Shown here in pieces: positions 36,171-46,220 of a stretch of 64,000 nucleotides of DNA (the stretch's first letter is position 1; the number at the start of each line of letters is the position of its first letter). The position numbers and the translations under genes were made by a program. This DNA is from an uncultured bacterium (lineage in GTDB: Bacteria; Muiribacteriota; Ozemobacteria; Ozemobacterales; Ozemobacteraceae), in the NCBI GenBank assembly GCA_964389325.1, contig CAYMEN010000005.1:31672-95671 (forward strand). Reading direction: 5' to 3'. Below the pieces are notes generated by a model that did no database searches, was not told the origin of the DNA, and saw nothing but the letters and a program-made list of their open reading frames with translations.

Positions 36171-36686
36171 GCGCAGGATATCCTGACTTGTGCCGTTCAG
36201 ACGAAGTTCAGGACACCATTTCCCCGCGGAGCGCCTCTTAGCGTCCCCGCACCCAGGGGCCATTCGTGCGGCACGGAACGTGAGCGTTCGTCGTTTCCCA
36301 CAACGGCGTTTCGGCCACCCGGGATTTTGCGATCATCCGTGTTCGCACCATATGCCTGCCTCCTTGTTTTCGGGCCGGGAGGGGGGTTATCCCCAACTCC
36401 TTATCTCTACAAATTACATCGTCAGAACCCCCACCCGACTTTCGTCAGATAATTTCAAGTTTTTCTATTAAAGCGGCCCCTTTTCGCAGCTGTTCTTTTG
36501 TTTTCTATCATAGATAGCTGAAATGAATTTTTTTTCTGATCAAAGACAGGGTTGAACAGCCGCCACCGGGCGGGGTTGAGCGGTTCGCGAACCGCCCCCA
36601 CGGTTTGTCGGGCGATACAGAAACGCGTTTTCGATCCTGAAAAACAGGGTCGCGCTTCCTCTGTGGTCCGTATTATCATCCGATTC

Positions 36687-38243
36687 ATGGACACCAACCA
36701 TACGGGCTTGCCGTCTTTCCTGCGGGAGGCCGTTTCGCACAGGGCTGGCCGGCTTGCATTCCTGGCCATCTGGCTTCTGCTTCACATCTTTTTTCGGACG
36801 TCCTTCTTCAATGATTGCGGCACGTATTCCCACACGATGTACGGGAACGTCATGCTTCACTCGGGAAGCCTGATCAGGACCGACCCGTTCACCTGTTCCC
36901 GGTTCGGCCACCCCTGGATCGCCCAGCAGTGGCTGAGCGAAGTCGGAATGGCGCTTCTGAGCATGATCGGCGGGTTCGACACGCTGCTTCTGGCCGCCAC
37001 GCTTCTGGCCGCCCTCACCTTCACGGGGGTCTGGGTCAGGCTGTACAACTCTGGAATGCACCCACTGATCTCGGTTCTCATCATGGCCATGGTGTTTTCG
37101 GCCGCCTCGATGCAGTTTCTCATCCGGCCGCTTCTCATCACGATGGCCGCGCTTGCGCTTCTCTTCTCGATGCTCGTCGATATAGAAGCAGGCCGGCGCC
37201 CGGTCAGCCATCTCCTGCTTCTGCTCCCCATCTTCTGGGTCTGGTCCAACAGCCACGGCGGGTATCTTGCGGGCATCGGAACGTTCGGTTTGGCTGTTGC
37301 CGGCTGGACCGCCCTGCGCCTGGCGAACGCTCCCACGCCGCTTTCATCGCCCCGCAGGGTGTTCATCGCCTGGATTTCCCTCTTCTTTGCCGGGGCCATG
37401 TCGTTTCTCGGCCCATACGGCACCGAGCTTCCGAAGACGTGGGCCACCATCATGGACTCTTCGGAAGTCAGAACCCTGATCATCGAACATTTGCCTCTCT
37501 ATGCTTCTCCTGAAGGGGCCGTCCCGATACTCCTGTTTTTGGGATATATCGCGTTTCTGGTGAAGTTTGCCGAGCGCCCCGTGCGAATCACCTGGCTCAT
37601 CCCCGTCGTCTGGTTTCTCCTTTCCTGGAGCCGCGTGCGGAATACGCCGCTGTTCGCGATCACGGCCGCCATCGCTTTTGCCGAGATGTATGCCCGTTCT
37701 TCCCGGCTGAAGATCGTTGCGCAGACGAAGCCGCTCTATGGCCTTGCGAACGACCGCCCCCCCGCGAGACTTCCGATCAGAACGGCGACCGTTCTTCTCC
37801 TTGCCGGACTCTGGCTTCAAACGAGCGGCTCGGTGATGCCGCTGTTCGGAACCGGCTGGGCAAAGCCCGATCATGCGCGCTGGCCGTTCGAGCTGGTCCC
37901 GGCCATCCGTGAATACGCCGAACGGAAGACGCCGAACAAAGCAGTGTTCACCGAGTTCAACCTCGGCTCCTGGGCCGTCGGCGTCGATCCGCGGCTGCGC
38001 GTCACGATCGACGATCGGTGCGAGCTGTTCGGCGACCGACTCATGCGGGAACACTACGAATCGGCTTCTGACACGCAGCTGATCGCCTCATGGGTGAAGG
38101 CGTTCTCCACGAACGCCGCCCTCACCTCACCCAACTCCGCGTTCGATCGCTGGTTCCGCGCCGCGCCGGGATGGCGCGTCGTGGCGACGGCACCGGCGGG
38201 AGTCTGGCACGAGCTCGACACGGGCGGGACGACTGAGCCGTAA
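36687..38243 (+). CDS. Polytopic membrane protein (>=10 TM), possibly glycosyltransferase-like; function unknown
   Basis: Many hydrophobic helices. Start (ATG 36687) uncertain. Preceded by a 570-bp intergenic region. Confidence 0.5.
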   Translation: MDTNHTGLPSFLREAVSHRAGRLAFLAIWLLLHIFFRTSFFNDCGTYSHTMYGNVMLHSGSLIRTDPFTCSRFGHPWIAQQWLSEVGMALLSMIGGFDTLLLAATLLAALTFTGVWVRLYNSGMHPLISVLIMAMVFSAASMQFLIRPLLITMAALALLFSMLVDIEAGRRPVSHLLLLLPIFWVWSNSHGGYLAGIGTFGLAVAGWTALRLANAPTPLSSPRRVFIAWISLFFAGAMSFLGPYGTELPKTWATIMDSSEVRTLIIEHLPLYASPEGAVPILLFLGYIAFLVKFAERPVRITWLIPVVWFLLSWSRVRNTPLFAITAAIAFAEMYARSSRLKIVAQTKPLYGLANDRPPARLPIRTATVLLLAGLWLQTSGSVMPLFGTGWAKPDHARWPFELVPAIREYAERKTPNKAVFTEFNLGSWAVGVDPRLRVTIDDRCELFGDRLMREHYESASDTQLIASWVKAFSTNAALTSPNSAFDRWFRAAPGWRVVATAPAGVWHELDTGGTTEP

Positions 38244-38306
38244 GCCGCTCAAACCGGCTTGCGGACGGCCTCTGGCCGTGATACCATTAAAACACGGACA
38301 CACCAT

Positions 38307-38498
38307 ATGCAGGAAGAACGTTGCCCGCTCTGCTTGCGGATCAAACAGTATGACATATCCAACAAGACGTATTACCGCTTCCAGAACACCGAACGTCTGG
38401 TGTGCGAGCCATGTGCGAAGGAAGTCGAGAACCGTCTCCGCCCGACGTGGCAGATCGTCGCGGGCAGGGTATTTCCCCGGAGCACGAAGCATGACTGA
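38307..38498 (+). CDS. Small zinc-ribbon protein (63 aa)
   Basis: CPLC..(24 aa)..CEPC four-Cys pattern. 9 nt upstream of cheR. Confidence 0.45.
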   Translation: MQEERCPLCLRIKQYDISNKTYYRFQNTERLVCEPCAKEVENRLRPTWQIVAGRVFPRSTKHD

Positions 38499-38507
38499 GC
38501 GGCGCCG

Positions 38508-39563
38508 ATGAGCCGCTCGTTCACTCCCAACGAGTATGCCCAGCTGCGCGATTTCCTTTCGCGCGAGTTTGGCCTCTTCTTCGACACGAACAAGGTCACA
38601 TATCTCGAAAACCGCGTTCTCCCCCTCATCGAGAAATACCGGTGCCCCGACATGAACGGGCTGATTTCCGTCATCCAGTCGGATCAGGCACGGAGAATCG
38701 AGCTGCTGGACATCATCACGACGAACGAGACCTGGTTTTTCAGACATCCCCGGCATTTCGACATCCTCCGGGACGAGGTGCTCACTCCCCTGGTTCGTTC
38801 CCGCGACCAGGAAGGCCAACGCAGGCTTTCGATCTGGTCCGCCGGCTGTTCGATCGGTGCCGAGGCATTTTCTCTAGCAATAACGATTCTCGAAACGCTC
38901 CGCGACCCGGCCCGCTGGAAAATCACCATCATCGGCAGCGACATCTCCACGTCTGCCCTCGAACGCGCCCGCGCGGGCGTTTACACCTCGACCGAACTGA
39001 AGCTGCTCTCGAACATGCTGCTCACCCGGTATTTCGTGCCGACCGGTTCCGGCGAGTTCCGCGTCAAACCCGAACTCGCCGCGATGGTCCGGTATGAACA
39101 CCTCAACCTGCTCGACATCTGGCCCGATCGGAAATTCGACGTCATCTTCTGCCGGAACACGATGATCTATTTCAAGGAAGCGACCAAGGCTGCCCTGACC
39201 GAACGGATCTACAAAGCCCTCGAGCCGGGCGGCATGTTCTTCACGAGCGCGACAGAAATCCTCCACTGGAAGGGTGACGACGAGTTCGAGAAGCTGTTTC
39301 TTCACGGCGAATACGTCTATCACAAGCGGCCGGCGACGAAGACCTACATCCTCTACCGTTTTCAGACCCCCTCCGACCTGCTGCGGGCGCTCAACCTTCT
39401 CGTCAAGTTCAACCACGAGTATCAGTTGATGAACATCCCGCAGGCATCCCCGTCTTCCCCCCGAAAGGCGCTCTTCGTCCCCAAGCGTCTGCAACCGACG
39501 ATCGACAGGCTGTTCGACGAGGCGCACCTGCGCAACGTCGGCTCCGAGGAGTTTCGAAAATAG
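38508..39563 (+). CDS. cheR: CheR-type protein-glutamate O-methyltransferase
   Basis: CheR N-terminal domain and SAM-binding motifs (RIWSAGCSIGAEAFSLAI, FDVIFCRNTMIYF). Confidence 0.8.
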   Translation: MSRSFTPNEYAQLRDFLSREFGLFFDTNKVTYLENRVLPLIEKYRCPDMNGLISVIQSDQARRIELLDIITTNETWFFRHPRHFDILRDEVLTPLVRSRDQEGQRRLSIWSAGCSIGAEAFSLAITILETLRDPARWKITIIGSDISTSALERARAGVYTSTELKLLSNMLLTRYFVPTGSGEFRVKPELAAMVRYEHLNLLDIWPDRKFDVIFCRNTMIYFKEATKAALTERIYKALEPGGMFFTSATEILHWKGDDEFEKLFLHGEYVYHKRPATKTYILYRFQTPSDLLRALNLLVKFNHEYQLMNIPQASPSSPRKALFVPKRLQPTIDRLFDEAHLRNVGSEEFRK

Positions 39564-39611
39564 GACTGCACACCTTCCCCCAGCCTGCCGATAACAGGAA
39601 GGGGGGAACAT

Positions 39612-40070
39612 ATGCTCGATTCGTCCGCACCTGTCGTCCGCGTCCGCGTGACCGTCGCCCTGCGCCATCCTGACGGACGCCTCTGTTTCGTCCGCCATCT
39701 CAAGAACGGCCGCCGCTACTGGCTGCTCCCGGGAGGCGGACAGGACGCATTCGAACCCCTCGAGGAAACGGCCCGCCGCGAGCTGCGGGAAGAGCTCCGC
39801 ATCACCGTTTCCGGGCTGACGTTTCTCGGTCTTCGCGAGTCGATGAGCCGCGAAGCCGGCCGGCACATCCAGTTCCCCATCTTCGAGGCCGTGAACCCCG
39901 ATCTTTCGACGCTTGGAACCGGGGACGACCCCCGTGTCGAAGGCGTCGATTTCTTCACGGCCGATGAACTGGCCGGCCGCCCGATCTTCCCGAACATGGG
40001 CGATGACATCCTGAAAATCGCCCGAGGCGAGCGTATCGAACCGTTCCGAACCCTGGAATGGGTCCCCTGA
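39612..40070 (+). CDS. NUDIX hydrolase
   Basis: Nudix box GGGQDAFEPLEETARRELREELRI. Confidence 0.8.
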   Translation: MLDSSAPVVRVRVTVALRHPDGRLCFVRHLKNGRRYWLLPGGGQDAFEPLEETARRELREELRITVSGLTFLGLRESMSREAGRHIQFPIFEAVNPDLSTLGTGDDPRVEGVDFFTADELAGRPIFPNMGDDILKIARGERIEPFRTLEWVP

Positions 40071-40089
40071 CAATACCCTGGAGGCGCGT

Positions 40090-42660
40090 ATGATCGACAA
40101 AAAATACGATCAGATCATCAACGACTGCAAGAAGCGCATCGCGGCCAATCCCCGCGACTTTTTCGCGTATTACCAGCTCGCGCGGGCGGTCGAGATGACC
40201 GGTGAGACCGACACGTCGATCGGTATTTATCGCGAGGCCCTCGCGATCAATCCCAAGGATGCGTACGCGCACAACTTCCTCGGGCTCGCGTTCAAGAACA
40301 AGGGCATGCTCAACGAGGCCATCACCGAGTTCAAAAAGGCGATCATGTTCAACACGAACTACGCCTTCCCCTACTCGAATCTCGGCATCATCTACAAGCA
40401 GAAGGGCATGTACGACGAGGCGATCATCCGCTTCAAGAAGGCGATCTCGCTCAAGCCCGACTTCGCATTCGCGCACCTGCAGCTCGGCCTCATCTACAAG
40501 CTCAAGAAGCTGTATGACGAGGCGATCATCCGGTTCCGCAACGCCATCGACCTGAACCACGATTACGCTTACGCCCATTTCGCGCTCGGCTCGACCTATC
40601 TCGAGATCGGAAGGCCGCGCAAAGCCATCGTCGAATTCAAGAAGGCGATCATCCTCAATCCGCAGGATTCGCATGCCCTGAGCCAACTCGGCCGGGCCAT
40701 GATCTCGATGAAGCAGTATGATGAAGCCGTCACGATCCTGCGAAACTCGATCGAGCTGAACCCGGACAACGCGTTCACGTTCCTGAACGTCGGTCTCGCC
40801 CACTTTCACGCCGGCCGCAATGACGAGGCGATCGAGGCATTGAAGCGGGTTCTCGACATCAGCCCCGACATGACCGAAGCGCGCGTGCTGCTCGGCCAGT
40901 CGTTCTTCCGGAAATCGATGGATGATGCCGCCCTGCAGGAGTTCCGGAGGGCTCTCAAGACGGACCCGAAGTATCCGCGGCTCCATTTCCACATTGGAAC
41001 CGTTCTGCGGAAAAAGACGGAGACTCAGAAGGCGATCGACGAGTTCAAGCTGGAAAACGGCCTGAACCCGAATGACGCCGAGCTGCATTTCAATCTCGGC
41101 CTCGCCTACAAGGACCGCGGCATGCTCGACGAGGCCGTCGGCGAGCTGAAGCGGGCGCTGTATCTCGACGCGGGCCTGTCGCGCTGTCACGACATGCTCG
41201 GCGAGATCTACGACGTGAAGGGCCAGAACGACCAGGCCGTCACGCACTGGCGCAAGGCCGCGGAGCTCCGCAAGAAGGGCGAGGCCCGCGACATGGCCGA
41301 AAAAGTCGCCCCCCCGGTGCGGACGCGTTCGGAGATGGACCTCATGATCGAGCGGTACCGCGTCGAGGTCGCCGCCCACCCCGACAACGCGGAAGCTCAC
41401 TACAAGCTCGCCTCGGCGTACAAGAACAAGGAAATGTATGACGAAGCGATCATCGAGTTTCGCAAGGTCCTCGTCCTGAACCCCTACGATTCGTTCGCGC
41501 ATTATAATCTTGAAGTTATATATCGTTTGAAAGGCATCGACGACCAGAACCTCGTCCGGTGGAAGCGGTCGGTCGCGATCAATCCCGAGAACGCCGGCGC
41601 CCATTACCGGCTCGGCCTCGCCTACAAGGAAAAAGGCATGCTCGACGAGGCGATCCGCGAGTGGGAAAAGGCGGTCGCGCTTGACCCCGACTTCTCGCAC
41701 GCCCATCTGCAGCTCGGCATCGCCTACAAGAGCACGGGCCATTCCGACGAGGCGCTGAAGGCCTGGAACCGCACGATCGAGATCGATCCCGAGTTCCAGG
41801 AAGCGTTCATGCACCTGGGGAAAGCCTACCTGAACCAGGGAATGCTCGACGAGGCCGTCGCTGCGATCAAGAAGACGATCCGGCTGAAGCCCGACGACGT
41901 CGAGTGCCGGTTCGTCCTCGGGCTGATCTACAAGAACAACGGGATGCTCGAGCAGGCCCGAGACACCTTCGAAACCCTGCTTTCCGTGAAAGAAGACCAT
42001 GTGGCCGGGCTGGTGAACCTGGGAGCCGTCTACAAGAACCTGAACCAGCTCGAAAACGCCCTCAGTTGCCTGATGATGGCGATCCGGCTCGACGAACGGC
42101 AGTTCTTCGCCCATTATCTGCTCGGAACCGTGTATCGGGCGCTGGGCAGCTTCGAACAGGCCGAGGAATCGTTCAAGAAGTCGATCACGCTGAACCCGGA
42201 CGACGCCTTCTCGCAGTACAGCCTCGGCGTGATCTACAAAAATTCGGGTCGCCTTCCGCTCGCGATCAAGGCGTTTTCCAAGGCGATCGAGCTCGATTCC
42301 GACGACGGGTATTCGTATTCCCATCTCGCGCTGTCGCTGTACGAGCAGGGGCAGCTGCACGACGCCATCAATGCGTTCCGGCGCTCGGTCGAAATCAATC
42401 CCGAAGACACCTACGCGCTGTACAACCTCGGCATGGTGCTGATGGACAATCACGATACCGACTCGGCAATCGAGGTTCTGGTGAAGGCCGTCAACCTCGC
42501 GCCGGAAGACCCATATGCCTGCTTCAACCTCGGTCAGGCCTATGAAGAGAAGCGTCTGATGCCCGAAGCGAAGGCATGCTACCAACGCGCCGGCCAGCAT
42601 GCGCCCAAGAACAGCCAGATTTCGCGGTTCGTCCAGGAAGCGATGGCCCGACTGAAATAA
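40090..42660 (+). CDS. Giant TPR-repeat protein (856 aa, >20 TPR units)
   Basis: Regular 34-aa repeats (AxxxLGxxYxxxGxxDEAIxxFKKAIxLNP). Confidence 0.8.
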   Translation: MIDKKYDQIINDCKKRIAANPRDFFAYYQLARAVEMTGETDTSIGIYREALAINPKDAYAHNFLGLAFKNKGMLNEAITEFKKAIMFNTNYAFPYSNLGIIYKQKGMYDEAIIRFKKAISLKPDFAFAHLQLGLIYKLKKLYDEAIIRFRNAIDLNHDYAYAHFALGSTYLEIGRPRKAIVEFKKAIILNPQDSHALSQLGRAMISMKQYDEAVTILRNSIELNPDNAFTFLNVGLAHFHAGRNDEAIEALKRVLDISPDMTEARVLLGQSFFRKSMDDAALQEFRRALKTDPKYPRLHFHIGTVLRKKTETQKAIDEFKLENGLNPNDAELHFNLGLAYKDRGMLDEAVGELKRALYLDAGLSRCHDMLGEIYDVKGQNDQAVTHWRKAAELRKKGEARDMAEKVAPPVRTRSEMDLMIERYRVEVAAHPDNAEAHYKLASAYKNKEMYDEAIIEFRKVLVLNPYDSFAHYNLEVIYRLKGIDDQNLVRWKRSVAINPENAGAHYRLGLAYKEKGMLDEAIREWEKAVALDPDFSHAHLQLGIAYKSTGHSDEALKAWNRTIEIDPEFQEAFMHLGKAYLNQGMLDEAVAAIKKTIRLKPDDVECRFVLGLIYKNNGMLEQARDTFETLLSVKEDHVAGLVNLGAVYKNLNQLENALSCLMMAIRLDERQFFAHYLLGTVYRALGSFEQAEESFKKSITLNPDDAFSQYSLGVIYKNSGRLPLAIKAFSKAIELDSDDGYSYSHLALSLYEQGQLHDAINAFRRSVEINPEDTYALYNLGMVLMDNHDTDSAIEVLVKAVNLAPEDPYACFNLGQAYEEKRLMPEAKACYQRAGQHAPKNSQISRFVQEAMARLK

Positions 42661-42676
42661 CGCCGGAGAAGACTCG

Positions 42677-44665
42677 ATGCGCTCACTCCTACGCAACAAC
42701 GCCATGGCAGCTGTACTCTTCTGCCTCGGCGCGCTCGCGGCGCTGATCGGATGCGAGGCGGACAACAGCGTCACGCCGCGCGAAGGCGAGCTCCAGGGAA
42801 CCGTGTATTCGAAGAGCGGCACGGTCCTGAGCAACGTGCTCGTGAGCTGGACATACGATCCGACCCGCTGGGGACGGAGCGGGGACGACGGGGTGTTTCA
42901 CATCGCCGGCATCGGCTTCGGCGAGCAGGAGTTCGTCGCGACGAGATCCGGTTACCGCGCAACAACGTTCCGCGCGGCCGTCTATTCCAATGCCGTTTCC
43001 GTGATCTCGAACGTCACCATGGAAACCTCCTCGTTCGATTACCAGGACATCACGGTCGCGGAATACTCCTCCACCCACGCGGTGATCACCTGGAAGACGA
43101 CCGATTACACGAACGGCCTCGTCGAATACGGCACCACCGACAGCTTCGGAAGCTACGTCAACGAGCCCTCCGGCCAGTATGCGACGACCCACAGCGTAAC
43201 AATTTCGGGCCTCAAGCCCGATCAGCAGTATTATTTCAGGATCGTGGCTTCCCGCCAGGGCCGCGAATCCGAGACATCGCCGAGCGGCACCTTCTCGACG
43301 CTGGCGCCGCTCGACGACTCGACCGTGCCCGCCCCGCCGTCGGGGACATCGATCGCGGTCGACGGAACCCCGAACCAGGTCGTCGTTTTCTGGGCGCCGA
43401 ATGTGGAGAATGACCTGAAAGGATACCGGATCTACCGTTCCGAGCTTCCCTCGAGCGGGTACGACATGGTTTCCGACACGCTGATCGCGAAGGGCCAGGA
43501 ACGGTACACGGACACGTTGGTCAGGACCGGCATGAAATACTATTACCGCGTTTCGGCCGTCGACCAGGCGGGCAACGAGAGCGGGCCGTCCGAGATCGTG
43601 TCGATGCTGGTTCCCGGCGAAATCACCGGCACCGTCACCTGGACGCTCGCCAACAGTCCGTTCGTCGTTCCGGGCGATATTACAGTGACAGATATAGGAA
43701 CTTTGAAGATCGACCCCGGCGTCGTCGTGAAGATGTCCGATTCCGACGTTCTGAGAGCGAACGATACGGCGAAGGTCGAGATCCTCGTCACCGGCGGCGT
43801 TCTGATCGCCAGCACGAGTTCCGACCAGCCCATCATTTTCACATCCGAGCGGCCTACACCTTCTGCGGGAGACTGGGGCGGAATAAGCATTTCCGACTCG
43901 GCAGACACCACGACGGCTCTTTGCGGCGTCACGATCGCGTATGCAGCCACGGGGCTGAAACTGGAAAAAGCCGCGGGGCATTTCCAGAAAATGATCCTGG
44001 ATCATTGTTCTGTCGGCGCCCGGATCGTCTCATGCACCGATCTGACCGTCGATGCGTCGAGGGTTTTATTCACACCGGACGGAGTGAAAGCCACGGGAAA
44101 CACCCGGCTTTCGATAACGAACAGTACATTTTCACACGGCGTCACCGGGATCGATGCGAGCGGGAACGACGCCTCGAGCTACTCCGGCAACAACTTCTTC
44201 GATCTTTCCGGCTTCGGACTGTCCTGTGCCGACACGGCGGGCTCGATCAGCATCACGAACAACCTGTTCGTCGCGAAGACGGGCCTGGGCCTGCGAATTT
44301 CCGACCAGCCGCCGACCGTTGATTACAATACGTTTGACGCGGCATACGGCATCCAGGTCGTCAGCGGCGTTCCGACGATCCGAAAAAACATTCTCGTCGC
44401 GGGCACAAGTTTCACGGGCCAGGGCTTCAAGGGAATCGAGAATCTCGGGGGCCAGAGCACGCCACCGGTTTTCGGGCCGAACAGCGTCTACGGATTTCCG
44501 GCCGGGAAAGACTATGTCGATTGCGCGTCGGCATCGGGAAGCCTCGCCTCGTCACCGCTTTTCGTCAGAGACTTCACGGGCGACACGTATGATTACCGCC
44601 TCCAGCAGGCTTTTCCGAGCACTGGCGACCAGTGGGGCATCCAGCGCTCCGACATGCCGGAGTGA
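42677..44665 (+). CDS. Lipoprotein with carboxypeptidase-regulatory-like, fibronectin-III-like and right-handed parallel beta-helix domains
   Basis: Lipobox LIGC. FN3-like segments (YYFRIVA, YYYRVSAVDQAGNES). Beta-helix-type repeats in the C-terminal half. Confidence 0.65.
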   Translation: MRSLLRNNAMAAVLFCLGALAALIGCEADNSVTPREGELQGTVYSKSGTVLSNVLVSWTYDPTRWGRSGDDGVFHIAGIGFGEQEFVATRSGYRATTFRAAVYSNAVSVISNVTMETSSFDYQDITVAEYSSTHAVITWKTTDYTNGLVEYGTTDSFGSYVNEPSGQYATTHSVTISGLKPDQQYYFRIVASRQGRESETSPSGTFSTLAPLDDSTVPAPPSGTSIAVDGTPNQVVVFWAPNVENDLKGYRIYRSELPSSGYDMVSDTLIAKGQERYTDTLVRTGMKYYYRVSAVDQAGNESGPSEIVSMLVPGEITGTVTWTLANSPFVVPGDITVTDIGTLKIDPGVVVKMSDSDVLRANDTAKVEILVTGGVLIASTSSDQPIIFTSERPTPSAGDWGGISISDSADTTTALCGVTIAYAATGLKLEKAAGHFQKMILDHCSVGARIVSCTDLTVDASRVLFTPDGVKATGNTRLSITNSTFSHGVTGIDASGNDASSYSGNNFFDLSGFGLSCADTAGSISITNNLFVAKTGLGLRISDQPPTVDYNTFDAAYGIQVVSGVPTIRKNILVAGTSFTGQGFKGIENLGGQSTPPVFGPNSVYGFPAGKDYVDCASASGSLASSPLFVRDFTGDTYDYRLQQAFPSTGDQWGIQRSDMPE

Positions 44666-44953
44666 TGTACACCGCTGTGGAAATTCTTCGTGGTTCGAGG
44701 TAAAAAAACCTCGCGGGTCATTTGGCTCACTTCTCCCTTTTCCCGCCTCTTTGCCTCTTAAGGGCAGTTACGAACCGTTCGCCCTGAGCCTGTCGAAGGG
44801 CGAGAGCATTCGTGCTTTGTCAGGCTCAGAGCGCAAGGGAACGCAAAATTGGCTTATCCAGCCGCTTCTCCAATGTGTAAATAGTATTTGCATTCCCGGC
44901 GTCGATGTGTGATATACTACGCGGTGAGAGGGGTAATTTGCATAGTCGAAGGT

Positions 44954-44969
44954 TGGCATGCGGATTGCA
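44954..44969 (+). promoter_or_regulatory. Sigma54 (-24/-12) type promoter TGGCAT-N5-TTGCA upstream of flp
   Basis: GG and GC elements with canonical spacing, 48 nt upstream of ATG 45018. Confidence 0.55.
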
Positions 44970-45017
44970 CTGACTCAAAGTGGCACACAGCCAAAAAATT
45001 CTTGCAGGAGGAACCAT

Positions 45018-45188
45018 ATGAACCTGATTCAGCGCTTTGTGAGAGAAGAAGAAGGCCAGGGTCTTGTCGAGTACGCCCTCATCATCGGCCTCATCGCCGT
45101 TCTCGCCATCGTGGCTCTCACCTTCGCCGGCGGCAAGGTCAGCGGCATGCTCGGCTACATCGGCGACCAGATGGTCACCGGTTCGTAA
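45018..45188 (+). CDS. flp: Flp/Fap-family type IVb (Tad) pilin
   Basis: GQGLVEYALIIGLIAVLAIVALTF is the Flp motif (G^xxxxEY). AGGAGG RBS. Sigma54-type promoter upstream. Terminator downstream. Confidence 0.8.
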   Translation: MNLIQRFVREEEGQGLVEYALIIGLIAVLAIVALTFAGGKVSGMLGYIGDQMVTGS

Positions 45189-45214
45189 TCGCGAACAAGG
45201 TCGTAAGACCAAAT

Positions 45215-45250
45215 ACAGGAGAGGAGAAATCCTCTCCTGTTTTGTTTTTC
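45215..45250 (+). terminator. Bidirectional terminator between flp and the DUF362 gene
   Basis: ACAGGAGAGGAGAAATCCTCTCCTGT followed by TTTGTTTTTC. Confidence 0.7.
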
Positions 45251-45254
45251 CGGA

Positions 45255-46220
45255 TCACCAGAATGGACCTCCCTGCCAGGAACGAAATGCATCGACACAG
45301 GCGAATTTCGACGCAAACGTGCGCGGATGCTCCGCCAGATAATCGTTCATTTCGTCCAGCATTCCCGGGAGATGCGGCATTGCGAGAGACATATACGGAA
45401 TATTCCCAGGTTCGAATCCCATCATCCGGGCGCATGTCGCATCGACAGCCAAGGGATCCTTTCCCATGACAATCGTTTTCACGGTCTTCGCGGTTCCCAT
45501 GATGGGCCCGTCCCCTTCCATGGCCGTAATCCCGTCTACAACGACAAAAGCCGGCGGCATCGAAAGGGTGAGATCGACAATGGATTTGGCTATTCCCTGC
45601 ATGTGAAGAAGATTTTTCGGCCAGCCATAGACGATTCCAGGAAGGTTTCCGAACAGGTTTTTCATGGAAAGCGTCACACCCATCCAATGATGAGTTTTCA
45701 TTTTTGGCATACCGATGACAACGTCTGCCTCGGCAAGCGGCGTTGCAACATAAAAATTCTTGAATTTTGTGTACCAACCCTTATTTGGGACTTTCACAAG
45801 ATCGCCGTGGTTGAGGTCAATACACCTCACCTGGGATGGTAATGCCGCACGAAGAGACGAGTGATAAATTGAGTACCAAGGATCGCGCCTGTGTCCGGGG
45901 GCTTCCCCTACAGCGACTGAAGCTGCTCCAAGCCTGAAACAGGCATCCACGACTTGGGCGATCAGCCTTGCATCTGTGTTGATCGGCCTTCCCGGATGGC
46001 ATTCAACAAAGTTGGGCTTGATGAGAACTCTTTTTCCCTTCAGGAAGACGTCCTCCTGAAGCATCACGCCAGCGACATCTCGAGAGATATCCTGCTGATA
46101 ATCGCGGACAGGAAGGATCCAGACACGACACCGCCTGTGCCAATAGCGTCCGATGAGAGCCCCGAGGCCCGCAGCGCCGACTGCGGCGATGGACCATTTG
46201 ACAAACTGTCTGCGATTCAT
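45255..46220 (-). CDS. DUF362-domain protein with Tat signal
   Basis: MNRRQFVKWSIAAVGAAGLGALIG Tat motif. DUF362-like core (LIKPNFV.., VVVDGITAMEGDGP). Confidence 0.6.
   Translation of the reverse strand: MNRRQFVKWSIAAVGAAGLGALIGRYWHRRCRVWILPVRDYQQDISRDVAGVMLQEDVFLKGKRVLIKPNFVECHPGRPINTDARLIAQVVDACFRLGAASVAVGEAPGHRRDPWYSIYHSSLRAALPSQVRCIDLNHGDLVKVPNKGWYTKFKNFYVATPLAEADVVIGMPKMKTHHWMGVTLSMKNLFGNLPGIVYGWPKNLLHMQGIAKSIVDLTLSMPPAFVVVDGITAMEGDGPIMGTAKTVKTIVMGKDPLAVDATCARMMGFEPGNIPYMSLAMPHLPGMLDEMNDYLAEHPRTFASKFACVDAFRSWQGGPFW

Noticed and set aside
39955-42834. 959-aa minus-strand ORF
   Set aside because: It lies antisense to the TPR gene, whose 34-aa periodicity is evident.
42689-44005. 438-aa minus-strand ORF
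   Set aside because: It lies antisense to the beta-helix lipoprotein gene, which has a clear lipobox and FN3 motifs.
44985-45012. TGGCAC...TTGCA as a sigma54 promoter right before flp
   Set aside because: The spacing between GG and GC is 15 nt too long. The properly spaced TGGCAT-N5-TTGCA at 44954 was kept instead.
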